Shown here piece by piece: positions 26,581 through 41,959 of a stretch of DNA of 64,000 bases. Position numbers and translations under genes: made by a program. A model generated the notes under the pieces. It had not been told where the DNA came from, did no database searches, and saw only the letters and a list, made by a program, of their open reading frames with translations. Each line of letters opens with the position of its first letter. Position 1 is the stretch's first letter. This stretch comes from the human T2T-CHM13v2.0 reference genome, Homo sapiens: NCBI RefSeq assembly GCF_009914755.1, contig NC_060925.1; one strand, 5' to 3'.

Positions 26581-27385
26581 GTGGCACTAAGGACAAGCCA
26601 GGCAAGAGGTCAGGCTCTGCAATCCCAGTTCTGAATTTTCACATCTGTAAACTGGAGGTACTTTCTAGGACTACTGTAAGGATTAGACCATCCATGTACA
26701 GCATTTAGTACAGTCACACTTAATAAATATTAGCCATTATTACACACTATCTACAACTCTCACCTCATACTGTTAATACCATTAATTCAGTCTTAGAATT
26801 ATGTATAAATAATTCCTCTGCAGCTATGCAGCTTCCAGAAGAAAGCTCTAAGCCCACTTTGTAGACATACCCAGGTCCCCTAGATTAACATCCCCAGGTA
26901 GCCCAAATTCTTGATGTAACACAAAATTCACCTGACTTTCTTGGTGGGGTGCTTAGAACTATAACACTCATAACTTGAATTTTCTGTATGCTAGTCTTAA
27001 TTTTTAGTCTTTAAATTTGTAGGCCTGTGGCTATTTTCATAATCTTGGCTGCACACATTTATGTAAACTGTGCTAATGAAATTCAACTACTTTATAGTGT
27101 GTGTGGGGAGAGGAGCCTATTTCTCCTAAGAAGCCATATATGAATTGAGGGAAATTTTAATTTGATGAGAGCAGTTGGAACTACAATTGAGTTTTGTATA
27201 TGCTAATATTTTTATTAGTGCTTGTAAAACCAGCTAATGACTTGGAAAGTGAGTGAGATTTCATGCTCTCCAGGTGAGCCTATGATAATAGGAGCCACGG
27301 GTTAGGGAAATCCACTGACCTCCAGAACTTTTAGAGACATTTAGTTCCATTACCTTGACACCGTTTTACATTTTATGACAGATAC

Positions 27386-29890
<2,505 letters not shown>

Positions 29891-29953
29891 TATGATGTTA
29901 GCTGGTTATTTTGCCTGTTAGTTGATGTAGTTTCTTCATAGCATCGATGGTCT

Positions 29954-30974
29954 TTACACTTTGGCATGTTTTTGCAGTGGCTGGTACCAGTTGTTCCTTT
30001 CCATGTTTAGTGCTTCCTTCAGGAGCTCTTGTAAGGCAGGCCCGGTGGTGACAAAATCTCTCAGCGTTTGTTTGTAAAGCATTTTATTTCTCCTTCACTT
30101 ATGAAGCTTAGTTTGGCTGGATATGAAATTCTGGATTGAAAATTCTTTTCTTTAAGAATGTTGAATATTGGCCCCCACTCTTTTCTGGCTTGTAGAGTTT
30201 CTGCTGAGAGATCTGCTGTTAGTCTGATGGGCTTCCCTTTGTGGGTAACCCGACCTTTCTCTCTGGCTGCCCTTAACATTTTTTCCTTGATTTCAACCTT
30301 GCTGAATCTGACAATTATGTGTCTTGTGGTTGCTCTTCTCGAGGAGTATCTTTGTGGTGTTCTCTGTATTTCCTGAATTTGAATGTTGGCCTACTTTGCT
30401 AGGTTGGGTATTATCTCCTGGATAATTTCCTGCAGAGTGTTTTCCAATTTGGTTCCATTCTCCCCGTCACTTTTAGGTACACCAATCAAACACAGATTTG
30501 TCTTTTCACATAGTCCCATATTTCTTGGAGGCTTTGTTCATTTCTTTTTATTCTTTTTTCTCTAAACTTCTCTTCCTGCTTTATTTCATTAATTTCATCT
30601 TCCATCACTGATACCCTTTCTCCCACTTGATCGAATTGGCTATTGAAGCTTGTGCGTGCCTCATGTAGTTCTTGTGCCATGATTTTCAGCTCCATCAGGT
30701 CATTTAAGGTCTTCTCTACACTGTTTGTTCTAGTTAGCCATTTATCTAATCTTTTTTCAAGGTTTTCAATTTCCTTGCGATGGGTTTGAACATCCTCCTT
30801 CAGCTTGGAGAAGTTTGTTATTACCGACCTTGTGAAGCCTACTTCTGTCAGCTTGTCAAAGTCATTCTCCGTCCAGCTTTGCTCCATTGCTGGCCAGGAG
30901 CTGAGATTCTTTGGAGGAGAAGAGGCACTCTGGGTTTTAAAATTTTCAGCTTTTCTGCTCTGGTTTCTCCCCAT
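29954..30974 (-). pseudogene. Disrupted L1 ORF1
   Basis: MGRNQSRKAEN...EQSLQEIWDYVKR, then a frameshift near 30500; MLRAAREKGRVTHKGKPIRLTADLSAETLQAR fragment. Confidence 0.93.
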
Positions 30975-31556
30975 CTTTGTGGTTTTATCTACCTTTGGTC
31001 TTTGATGTTGGTGAACTACAGATTGGGTTTTGGTGTGGATGTCCTTTTTGTTGATATTGGTGCTATTCCTTTCTGTTTGTTAGTTTTCCTTCTAACAGTC
31101 AGGTCCCTCAGCTGCAGGTCTGTTGGAGTTTGCTGGAGGTCCACTCCAGACCCTGTTTGCCTGGGTATCACCAGCAGAGGCTGCAGAACAGCAAATATTG
31201 CTGCCTGATCCTTCCTCTGGAAGCTTCATCCCACAGGAGCACCTCCCTGTATGAGGTGTCAGTCGGCCCCTACTGGGAGATGCCTCCCTGTTAGGCTACA
31301 TGGGGGTCAGGGACCCACTTGAGGAGGCAGACTGTCTGTTCTCAGAGCTCAAACACCATGCTGGGAGAACCACTGCTCTCTTCAGAGCTGTCAGACAGGG
31401 ATGTTTAAGTCTGCAGAAGTTTCTGCTGCCTTTTGTTCAGCTATGCCCTGCCCCCAGAGGTGGAATCTACAGGAGCAATAGGCCTTGCTGAGCTCCCGTG
31501 GCCTCCATCCAGTTCGAGCTTCCCTGGCCGCTTTGTTTACCTACTCATGCCTCAGC

Positions 31557-31889
31557 ATGGTGGACACCCCTCCCCCAGCCAGGTTGCCGCCTTGCAATTT
31601 GATCTCAGACTGCTGTGCTAGCAGTGAGCAAGGCTCCATAGGCGTGGGACCTGCCGAGCCAGGCATGGGACATAATCTCCTGGTGTGCCTTTTGCTAAGA
31701 CCTTTAGAAAAGTGCAGTGTTTGGGTGGGAGTGTCTCAATTTTCTAGATACAGTCTGTCATGGCTTCTCTTGGCTAGGAAAGGGAAATCCCTTGACCCCT
31801 TGCACTTCCTGGGTAAGGTGATGCCCTGCCCTGTTTCAGCTCACCCTCCATGGGCTGCACCCACTGCCCAACCAGTCCCAAAGAGATGA
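31557..31889 (+). CDS. Putative L1 antisense ORF0 homolog, 110 aa, uninterrupted (expression unproven)
   Basis: MVDTPPPARLPPCNLISDCCASSEQGSIGVGPAEPG... aligns with the recalled L1HS ORF0 start MAGAPPPASLPPCSLISDCCASNQRDSVGVGPSEPG; Kozak agcATGG. Confidence 0.5.
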   Translation: MVDTPPPARLPPCNLISDCCASSEQGSIGVGPAEPGMGHNLLVCLLLRPLEKCSVWVGVSQFSRYSLSWLLLARKGKSLDPLHFLGKVMPCPVSAHPPWAAPTAQPVPKR

Positions 31890-31997
31890 ACCAGGTACCT
31901 CAGTTGGAAATGCAGAAATCACCTGTCTTCTGCATAAATCACACTGGGAGCAGCAGACCAGAGCTGTTCCTATTTGGCCATCTTGGAACGAATCGAT

Positions 31998-32217
31998 TGA
32001 TCTAATGGTTTTATAAGGGGCTTTTCCCCCTGTGCTTGGCAGTTCTCTCTCCTGCTGCCATTTGGAGAAGGATGTGTTGCTTCTCCTTCTACCATGATTG
32101 TAAGTTTCCTGAGGCCTCCTCAGTCATGCAAAACTGTGAGTCAATTAAACCTCTTTTCTTTATAAATTACCCAGTCTCGGGTATTTCTTCATAGCAGCTT
32201 GAGGATGGACTAATACA
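31998..32217 (+). mobile_element. THE1 (C/D-type) LTR, 3' half only
   Basis: atggttttataagggg...catgattgtaagtttcctgaggcctcc...gtcaattaaacctc...ggactaataca; ATTAAA at 32144. Confidence 0.9.
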
Positions 32218-32227
32218 GACCCCCTGT

Positions 32228-32290
32228 AATTTTTTTGCTTAAAGTCACACTTTCCGAGAACCTAGGGGCAACATTAAGTGATGACTTATA
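32228..32290 (+). mobile_element. MER6-family terminal fragment
   Basis: gcttaaagtcacactttccgagaaccta....acattaagtgatgactta. Confidence 0.7.
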
Positions 32291-34189
32291 GTATGTTGTA
32301 TGTATGCTCTGTGTATGTGTGTATGTCATATGTGCGTATAGTTTTGTCTGCTGACATTGCTCTGTGCTGTCATGTCACAGAAGCAATGAAAGTAAGCAAT
32401 ATGTGTGCTTCACCCTGCAGTTCACACATCTTTTGTCTTCTGATCAGCTCAGCTGTTTTCTGTTCTGGCAGTATTCAGGGTAGAGAACACAGAGAGGGAG
32501 AAATGAGATGCTGTGTGGTCCCCTGGAGGGGGGCCTCTGGAAAAATCGCCCAAATAGCAGAGGCCTCCTCTGCTTGGGGACCCTTCCAAGGCTTTGGTTC
32601 AGTAATCATGCAGGCTGGGAGGAGGGAGGAGGAGCTGCGAGATATAGGGATAGGCGGAGTCCTTGTGGTGGTAGATGGGGCTGGCAGGGATTGATCCATG
32701 TCCAGGGAGTGAAGGCAGGTGCAGTGCTGATGCGCCACCCCACTGCAGGCATCTGACTTGCCTGAAGCTGCCCCCATGGCCGGCTCTACCTCGCCTCATT
32801 GCAGAGGTGCAGAGACAAGGCCCAGCTGGCAGGCTCTGGGTGATAAATGTGCTCCCGCCTCCCCACCTTTCCTTTTTCATCTGCGTGTTGGTGCATGGAA
32901 GAGGGGGTGCATCATTTCTCATGTTGGCCGCAGGCTCACACATCTGATGGATGAGCTGGAGAGCGGCTTCCTTCTCAGTGCACCTGTTTCCTCCAACCCC
33001 CTGAAGCTGATACTGCAGCCTTAGCTTTTGCTCTTGTAAATGTGAAGATTCTTAGTAAAACTGCAGGCAGCTTAGCAAGGCCAGAGGAATACCACAGGCA
33101 TGTACAGTTCAATATCATTAGGCAGACTCTACAGATCCTGGTCAGCACTGAGCATGCTGGTGAAGTGGGCGTGGAGAGGTGAAGACTGAACTAACATGCA
33201 TGAGGACCAAGTGTGAGCCAGGCCCTGTGCAAACTGGTTGTCTTCTTTAAGCCTCATGAAAATGTGGCAGCCTCATTTCCATTTTGCAAACAAGGAAAGA
33301 GTCACAGACAATGTCATTTATTGGAGATCACACAACTACTAAGTGGAATAGCCAAAATTTTCTCCCAAATTTCTCCAGCCCCGAAGGGAACCAATATTTA
33401 GATTTTAAATATTCATGAAATTCCCCTTCAAACCTGAGATTCTATGTTCTAGGGCCACCATGAATGATGCAAATTACTAAAACTGTAAATGACATGTCCG
33501 CATCTGGCATTTTCCCTCAGCACGAACAGCTAAATCTTTAGTTTCTGTGCTTTCTTCCTCTTCTTCTTCCTCTGCCTCTTATTCATCATCTCTCCCTCCT
33601 TCTTCTTTAAGAAAATTCGCATTCTAATCAATCAAGTTTGAATCCCTTTCTGGCATTGCTGGTGTTGCCATGTCCCAACAGGATCACGACCCATTTGGAA
33701 GATACCGACATTGTGCCTTTCCTTCTTTGTGAGGTCACTCTGAGCCCCTGGTCTTGGTCCATTCTTTATACCAGTCTCTCCTGTCCCTCTTTCAATTTTC
33801 ATGAGCATGTTAGATGTGTCCAGAAAACACCATAGGTGTACAGAAAAAAAAAAAAGATCCCAGATTAAACCATTGACTAGCCTTGTTGGGGTCTCCAAGC
33901 TCAAGGTTAATATCTTCTCTCAACCCCTGCAACAGCTGCTATTAGCAAGCCGTCTTTCTGAATACAGCATATAGCATCTAACTCCTCCATATACAGCCTC
34001 AGTTTCCCCAAGGTGGTTAGCCTTTGGGAAGGCTCTGAGGGGCTGAAGATAGCAAGTCCATTGTCCACCTCTGCTTTCCCAAGCAGAGACTCTCTTCCAA
34101 CAGACCCATAAAATCACAATAGAAGTTAACCCCATGCATACTCACTCTGCCTGATAGGGCTCTCAGTGCATTACATGAACTAACTTTTC

Positions 34190-34350
34190 TCCTCTTCACC
34201 ATAAACTGATAAAGGAGTTTCTTACCAGTTTTATCCCCATTTACAGATGAGATAACCAAAGCTCAGAGAGATGAGCGAACTTGGCCACGGTCACACAAGT
34301 AGTAAGTGGCACAGCCTGAAGAACCCGTGCATTCTGAGCCCAGGGCCAAC
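34190..34350 (-). mobile_element. MIR SINE
   Basis: atccccatttacagatgag...gctcagagagatgagcgaacttggccacggtcacaca. Confidence 0.8.
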
Positions 34351-34579
34351 TTCCCTAAGCATCATGCAAATTTGCCTTATGCCTTGTGTGTCACTGATGC
34401 ATCTCCAAAACAGAAGCAACCACACCAGCAATTCCCTAGGCATCGCAAAGCTGTGCAATAGACCTGCTTTTCCCTACTCACCACACAAAGGTCCTTGGGT
34501 TTAGGGTTCTCCATCCAAGGAGTGGAGACCCACTTGCAGATATACTGCAGTCTCAAAAACACTAATCGCTTCTGTCATG

Positions 34580-34765
34580 GTTGGTACATGCCATATGCCA
34601 GGCATAGTGCTAAGCTCTGCAGATGAAGCCCATGGCATCCTTGCAAGCTACTGTTCTCCCATTTAACAGATGAGGCCACTGAGGATCAGAGAGGTTTTGT
34701 GACTTAACCAACATCAGACAGCTAGTAAGGAAAGACCTGAAATTCACACCAGTCTACCTGACTCT
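34580..34765 (-). mobile_element. MIR SINE
   Basis: tgccaggcatagtgctaag...cccatttaacagatgaggccactgaggatcagagagg. Confidence 0.78.
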
Positions 34766-34787
34766 GTCTAAGAGATGGGGGTTCTTC

Positions 34788-34880
34788 TTTCCAGAAGTAT
34801 AAAACCTGAGCCTGGGCAGTTTCCCTGGCAGGGTTTTTGCCAGGGAAACTGCCCAGGCTCAGGTTTTATACTTCTGGAAA
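34788..34880. repeat. Perfect inverted repeat, 43-bp arms, 7-nt loop
   Basis: tttccagaagtataaaacctgagcctgggcagtttccctggca - gggtttt - exact reverse complement. Confidence 0.98.
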
Positions 34881-35139
34881 ATCAGGCCAAGTAGATTTTA
34901 ATACCACCAATATAAAATGCCTAAAACCCCACGAATTCTATATATTTCACTCATGAGTGCTTTATGAAGCAACTATCTGTGAGAACAACTTTTCTTTACC
35001 AACTCTAGAGTGCCTAGGTCATAGAGAGCCCTCAGGAATCATAACTCCTTGGCCAAGCTCATTCAGATCTTTTTTTTTTTTTTCAGCAGCTATGGACACA
35101 GAGGTCCCCAGGGAGTATGGCTGTGTTTGATGTGATGGA

Positions 35140-35310
35140 ATGAGAGGAAGCTCTGGAGTCAGACCCGTGCTTATCTACAGGCTCAATCACCTTCTTGCTG
35201 TGTGTCCTTAGGCAAACAGTTTAACCTCTCTGAGTTTGTTTCCTCATCCATCAAATGAGGTTAATGATATTTAACTCACAGGGTGGTTGAGAAGGTGGAC
35301 AAATATGTAT
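35140..35310 (+). mobile_element. MIR SINE
   Basis: gctctggagtcagac...gctgtgtgtccttaggcaa...ttaacctctctgagtttgtttcctcatc. Confidence 0.75.
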
Positions 35311-35569
35311 CAGATGGCTTTCCTTTGCTCTCAAGCCAATTCCCCCAACCCTTACTGTAACCACAAAGTCATGGCTATCAGGCCCTGATGACATTTCTGT
35401 CTCATCTCCAGCCATGTTTGCCTCTAGGCTCAAGCCACATGGCCTTCAGTAACTCTTATTCAATGACTCAAATGTCCAGTTGTCTTTCCTTCTCAAAGAT
35501 CTTTGCATATTCTGCTTCTCCTTCCCATGAGCTGCCAGAAACATGGACCCTCCCAGCTTCTCCCTCTCA

Positions 35570-35870
35570 TGCACACATATACATGAGACACAGACACAAA
35601 GAAAGACAAGGACACACACACCCAAAGAGACTCGGGACAAAAAACCACACATGCAGAAAGTGGGAGACTCAGAGATACGCACCAAAGAGTCACACAGAGG
35701 CATATACACACACAGACATGCAGAGAGACCCAGGAAAAGACACACACTTATAGACACACAAACCCATGTGCACCAAAGAGCCACACAGAGACATAAAAAC
35801 ACATAGGCATGCAGAGAGACCTAGGGAAAGACACACAAACCCATGCACACACACACATGCGCAGATACAC
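35570..35870 (+). repeat. CA/GA-rich low-complexity tract with internal ~91-bp-period duplication
   Basis: gcaccaaagag.cacacagag.cata...catgcagagagacc.agg.aaagacacaca at 35679 and 35770. Confidence 0.85.
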
Positions 35871-36114
35871 CAATACCTAGTTAATTCCCAAACATTTTTG
35901 AGATCTCAGCTCACTTTCTCAGGGATTCCTTCCTGACATCAGATTTCTTGGCTATGCAATTGCAGAGAACCCCATTTCTTTCCTTCATGTTGCTTATTTT
36001 GGTTTGCAGTTATACACTCCTTAGCTAGATCACGGGGTACTGTCTGCCTCTTCTGGAGTTCAACAGATACTCCATGCATAGGAACTACATTGGCATCACC
36101 CAGCGCACTGTGGA

Positions 36115-36318
36115 TTGCCCAGTTTGGAATTCTGACCTCACTACTTTCTGTCTGTGTGACCTGGGGCAAGTTCACCTCTCTGTGCCTCAGTTTTCCATAA
36201 AATCATAGTACCTACCTCATAGGGTTGCCATAAGGATTAAATGACTTTGTATAGGGACAGCACTGAAAGTAGTGCCAAGCTTAGAGGACATACCATGTGA
36301 GTGTAAGCTATCATTATT
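36115..36318 (+). mobile_element. MIR SINE
   Basis: ctgtgtgacctggggcaagtt..cctctctgtgcctcagtttt...gtacctacctcatagggttg. Confidence 0.85.
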
Positions 36319-36751
36319 GAATGAATGAATGTCTAGCATAAAGAAGACACAATAAATGGTAGCTGCTACTACTGTTATTACTACCATCACTGCATGTGGG
36401 TCAACTTTTCAGGCAAATGCTGCAGTGGTGGGTTAGGGCCTTTTCTTGCTGTTACAGACGTGACAATGTAATTATTTCAGCTCCTCCGTAGAAAGGCCCC
36501 AGTGGGTAAGAGATTAGGCTTCTGCATCAGCCTGTCTGGGCCTAAACCCCACGTCTACACTTTCTAGCCTTGTGGCAAGTGACTTAATCTCTGCCAGCCT
36601 CAGTACATTTCTCATGGGCCTGTTACTGCCCACACTGTGACGAGCTCAGTTCCTGCCTGGTGCCTACCTCAAGGTCCACATTCAGGGAGCATGAGCCCTT
36701 ATTATTGTTCATGACCATGGGCTGTGAGCCTTATTCTGACCACATATTTGA

Positions 36752-37079
<328 letters not shown>

Positions 37080-37237
37080 TGGCATTTCATTCTTAAAAGG
37101 TGAGTCATGTTATCGTTATGCACAAAGAACAGCACAGTTCTCTGTGTATATTTGTGTGCATATGTGCATGTGTGTGTGTGTGACATGTCATGATGCTTTG
37201 GGATTATCCAGAGGCCAAGGCCCTCTGGCTGAGTCAT

Positions 37238-37680
37238 GTATCAATTAGCAATGCATTCAGCTGCAAGGAACAGAAAACCTGGGCTTACATAGAGGGGCTT
37301 ATTTTCTCCCCCACAAGAAGCCAGAGGTGGGCAGTTGCCAGCTGTGGTCAGTGGCACATCCTTGTCAGGGCCTGTGTCCCTGAAGTTCTCTGAATCTTCT
37401 CCCAAATCATTGCCTTGGTTAAAAGATAAGTGCCGTGTTTTTATGCCATATACCATGTTTATTGCAAGCCAGAAAAACAGCAAAAGGGAGGCATGAATGG
37501 GTCCATCCTGTCTTATCAGAAAAGCAAAAACTGATTTTCGTTAGTCTCATTGGCCAGAACTGTATCACTTGGTCACTCCCTGGCTCTAAGCAAGACTTGG
37601 GACACTCATCTTTTTATTTTGCAGCCTCTGCGGTAGAGACAGGCAAAGGAGAAGAGGGCTGAGAGTGATTTGGGAGAGCC
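37238..37680 (-). mobile_element. MLT1J/K-type LTR
   Basis: tgcattcagctgcaaggaacagaaaacc...tctcattggccagaactgtatcac. Confidence 0.6.
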
Positions 37681-38115
37681 AGCTGCAGGGCTCCTGGGCT
37701 CAGATCAGCTCCCTCCCCCACACCTGCCCCCTGCAAGATCCTTTACATTTTCCCTGCTGGGACTCTGCTGACGGATGGATGGGCACTGTTCTCTCCACCA
37801 TCCACCCTAGGGGATGCAGTTGTCAGTGTGTCACTGCCCCCTCCCCAATGCTACCTACAACCCCATCTCCTCTTTCTCACTCTTACTCATTAGAAAGCAA
37901 GCATTAGAGGAACAGCCTTGAATTTGCTTAAAGTTACATTAAATTTGGGCAAATTATAATGTAAGCCCTGAACAAACTTAAGACCTTATGATGAGTAAGA
38001 AATTATTTGTGATGCCTCCCTGGGTTGGGACATCAAGAGTAGGAGTTGCTGCCCTGGATGGCAGATTCAAATGGCCAACACATGGTGGAAACCAATAGAA
38101 AATTGGTTAAATTGA

Positions 38116-38404
38116 AGCTGGGCGCGGTATCACGCCTCTAATCCCAGCACTTTGGGAGGCCGAGGCAGGCAGATTGTTGAGCTCAGGAGTTAGAGACCAG
38201 CCTGGGTAACATGGCAAAACCCCATCTCTACAAAAAATACAAAAATTAGCCGGGTGTGGTGGCGCATGTCTGTAGTCCCAACTACTTGGGGGGCTGAGGC
38301 CAGAGGATTGCTTGAACCCAGGAGGTCGAGGCTGCAGTGAGCCATGTTCATGCTACTGCACTCCAGACTAGGTAGCAGATTCAGACCCGGTGTCTTAAAA
38401 AAGT
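38116..38404 (+). mobile_element. AluJ
   Basis: aggattgcttgaacccaggaggtcgaggctgcagtgagc; TSD aaattggttaaa(t/c)tg. Confidence 0.93.
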
Positions 38405-39224
38405 AAATTGGTTAAACTGGCTCTGTCTTAAAGGAGGCCATTTTAAATGGGCTTCCCTCTAAATCATCCAAAAATCAGCCCAAATATTACAGCCCTTGTC
38501 ATTCATGAAATCACCCCTGTGTTCCTCCTTGTCTTCTTTCATGATGAAACTCAAGATGGCTTGTGTATAAAAACTCATTAGACTGTTGATGGAGAAAGAA
38601 GATATTCATTTGACTTATGTTGAACACAATGCAGTTCTTTTCCTTTATGAGTTTAGATTTGTAAACCATTTCTCCTACCTCCCCCCATGCAAGTGTACGA
38701 TTTTAATGTTCTTTTGATATATATCTCTGCATGTTCTCCATTTCTCTTAGTTTTCATTTAATTACTTCAGGTATTATTTTTAGTTTGCAGACTAAAAGTT
38801 TGGAAAGGAATGAAAGTACACCTGGCACATGAAGCCAGTGTTATTAGCTTGCTGTTATTTCTCTGTATATAACTCGAAATCTTTGGAAATGTGGGGGAGA
38901 GAGTCAATTTCCCCTTTATTAAACTTGAATGGCAGTTCTCAGCCATGGTAGGAAGTGCCAGACATAGAATGGGTTACTAATAGAGTATACAAATGATTTA
39001 TTCTTTTCCTTTTAACAAACTGGAGTGAATTCAACATTTTCCCTACCTACACTACACTCTCACTGGCACTCCAGCTTGCTTTACCTAGAGGAAGTGCAGG
39101 CGTGGTAGTCTGGCCTGTGAGCAGGACAATGAGCATACGTAAACATGTGTTGCCTGTGCCGTTAGGAGGTGGCAGGTGGCGTGGCTATTGTTAATGCAAC
39201 CAGAATAGTTCAGTGGTTACAGAG

Positions 39225-39731
<507 letters not shown>

Positions 39732-40429
39732 TCATTGCTGGAATAATGCTGTATACGAACCATTCTAAAAGCCCAGGAGCTTGCAACAGCAGATGTCGCA
39801 CCCATAGTTCTGCTGGGCTCCACTGGGCTACAGATCACACTCACTCTGTACCTCCCATCCTCCTTAGCTGGCGGCACCTAGGTAATGTTCTTCTCAAGGA
39901 GATTAGCAGGAGTTCAAGAAGGCAGACCCAGTCATCTGAACACATTTAAAGCTTCTGCTCACATCACATTTACTAAAGTTCATTAGCCAAAGCAAGTCGC
40001 ATGGCCAAGCCCAAAGTCAGCAGAACAGGGAGTGTACAGGGAAAGGAGAGAAAATACTCACCCAACAAAAATCACCTCTATCATGAGCATTAAGGCAATT
40101 ACAGTGGTGGGTGGGGAGGCTTTGTTATATAACATGGTTAGTTGGGAAAGGCCTTTTGTGGGGGTAGGAGGGGGAATATTGGAGCTGACAAGAAACCAGT
40201 CCTGACTAGAGGAGAATGGTGTACTTGGAAGAGAGTCTCACAAACGCAAAGGTGCTGTGGCAGGAAAGTGTTTGGGGTCATCCTGGAAATGTAGCACATA
40301 TGTTTGGAGTGTGTTGAGGAAGGAGGAGAGCAGGATATGGGAAGCACCCTAGGACAGGATCCTGCAGGGACTCGGAGCCTCGTTAGCATTTGGGGCTTTA
40401 TTCCAAGTTTAATGGGCAGCTATGGAAGA

Positions 40430-40706
40430 ATTTATTTATTTTTTTTTTAAGACAGAGTCTTACATAATTACGGCTCACTGCAGCCTTGACCTCCTGGGCT
40501 CAAGTGATCCTCCCACATCAGCCTCCCAAGGAACTGGGACCACAGGTGCTCACTACCATGCCCTGCTAATTTTTGAATTTTCTGTAGAGATGAGGTCTCC
40601 CTATGTTGCCCAGCCAGGCTGGTCTCAAACTCTTGGGCTCAAGGGATCCTCCTGCCTCAGCCTCCCAAAGTACTGAGATTACAGGCATGAGCCACTGTGC
40701 TCAGCC
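40430..40706 (-). mobile_element. AluJ with internal deletion, inside an L2 relic (~40085-40900)
   Basis: gctcactgcagccttgacctcctgggctcaagtgatcctccc; lacks the tgtcgcccaggctggagtgcagtgg segment. Confidence 0.9.
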
Positions 40707-41959
40707 GGATTTTAGGCAGTAGAGCAACATGATCTGAAACATACTTTCAAAAGGTCCCTCTAGCTGCACAGAGGAAAATCAATCAAAAGCGTGCAAAAAT
40801 GGAAACAGACAGGTTAGGAAGCACACTGCACATGAGACACAATGGCCTGACTGAGATAGTGGCCATGTTAACAGAGAAAGGCAGACAGGTTAGGTTTATA
40901 TGCAGGTGGCTCAGTCACCAGATCTGGCAACACTTTTTCCGAGGAACCAAAAGGGATTTCTCCCCTACAAATCAGTTTGGCGTATCATCAGACTCTGAGT
41001 GCATCCCTAGGACGTATCCTACCTGTGAACACCATCTGTCCTGTGAACCAAGGGGTAGGTATAGGGTAGAGTCATTGTGGAACTTGGGTGTGGAGGTGTG
41101 TCCCCTGCTAGAGACCTAGCCTGAATTCTGCAAGCTTGTGGCTCTCAGAGTCTTGGGAAAGAAACCACATTTATACCTATGTCAGACTCAGCCTTGGCAA
41201 GGATTGGTGAAATCCACATGTTGGAACAATGAAGCCTGAACCAAGAGATTCCACAGAAATGTCTTGTATGGAAAACTCAGCCTCATGGCCCAGTGAACCT
41301 AGGGAGTTACACACCCAGACCATAGGGAATTCACAAAGCTGGGCTTAGCATTCTACCCAGGAGGTTGACAGCAGCCAAGAAGACACTCCTTGGAATTCAC
41401 ATACCCGGTTGCATTTGCTCTATCTGATGACAATGGCATCTGCGAGTCAGACACGGTAGAGGAGAGTTTGATCCTGACTGTTCTCTGGCCCAAAGGCCCT
41501 GTACAAGTGTGGCTCTCCCTTCTTCAAACCTGCGGATTCCTTCCTCTAACTCCCCAGTCCCATCGGCTGGGGAAAATCATCTACAGGTTTGCATGATGGG
41601 ATTGACTTTGGCTGCTCTCAAAGGCAAGCCACCGGGGTAGTGTAGACACACCCCTTCTGAATGTACCCCAGCCTGCCACTACAGGGATCTGTCTGATCTT
41701 GTGATTCATGTGAGGCGCTGGCACCCGCCTTCCTCTTTGACAAGGCGGCTCTGCCTGTTGGGAAATTTGGCTTGAGGCTTCACAAGCCTGTCAGCAGATG
41801 AGGGAAGACATATGCCAGCAGCAGGAAGCATGCATTAAACACAGAAAACTCTTCTGATCATGACTGCCCCAGCCTGTTCTATATAGAAGACATTTGGCAG
41901 GCATTCACGGGAGGCAGGTCCTAGCTGTGGAGGATTTGTCAAGTGCAAGGTACTCCTTC

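Noticed and set aside
32278-33024. Cluster of GC-richer overlapping ORFs / possible CpG island
   Set aside because: CpG density is too low for an island; the ORFs reflect stop-codon scarcity in GC-rich DNA and show no known motif.
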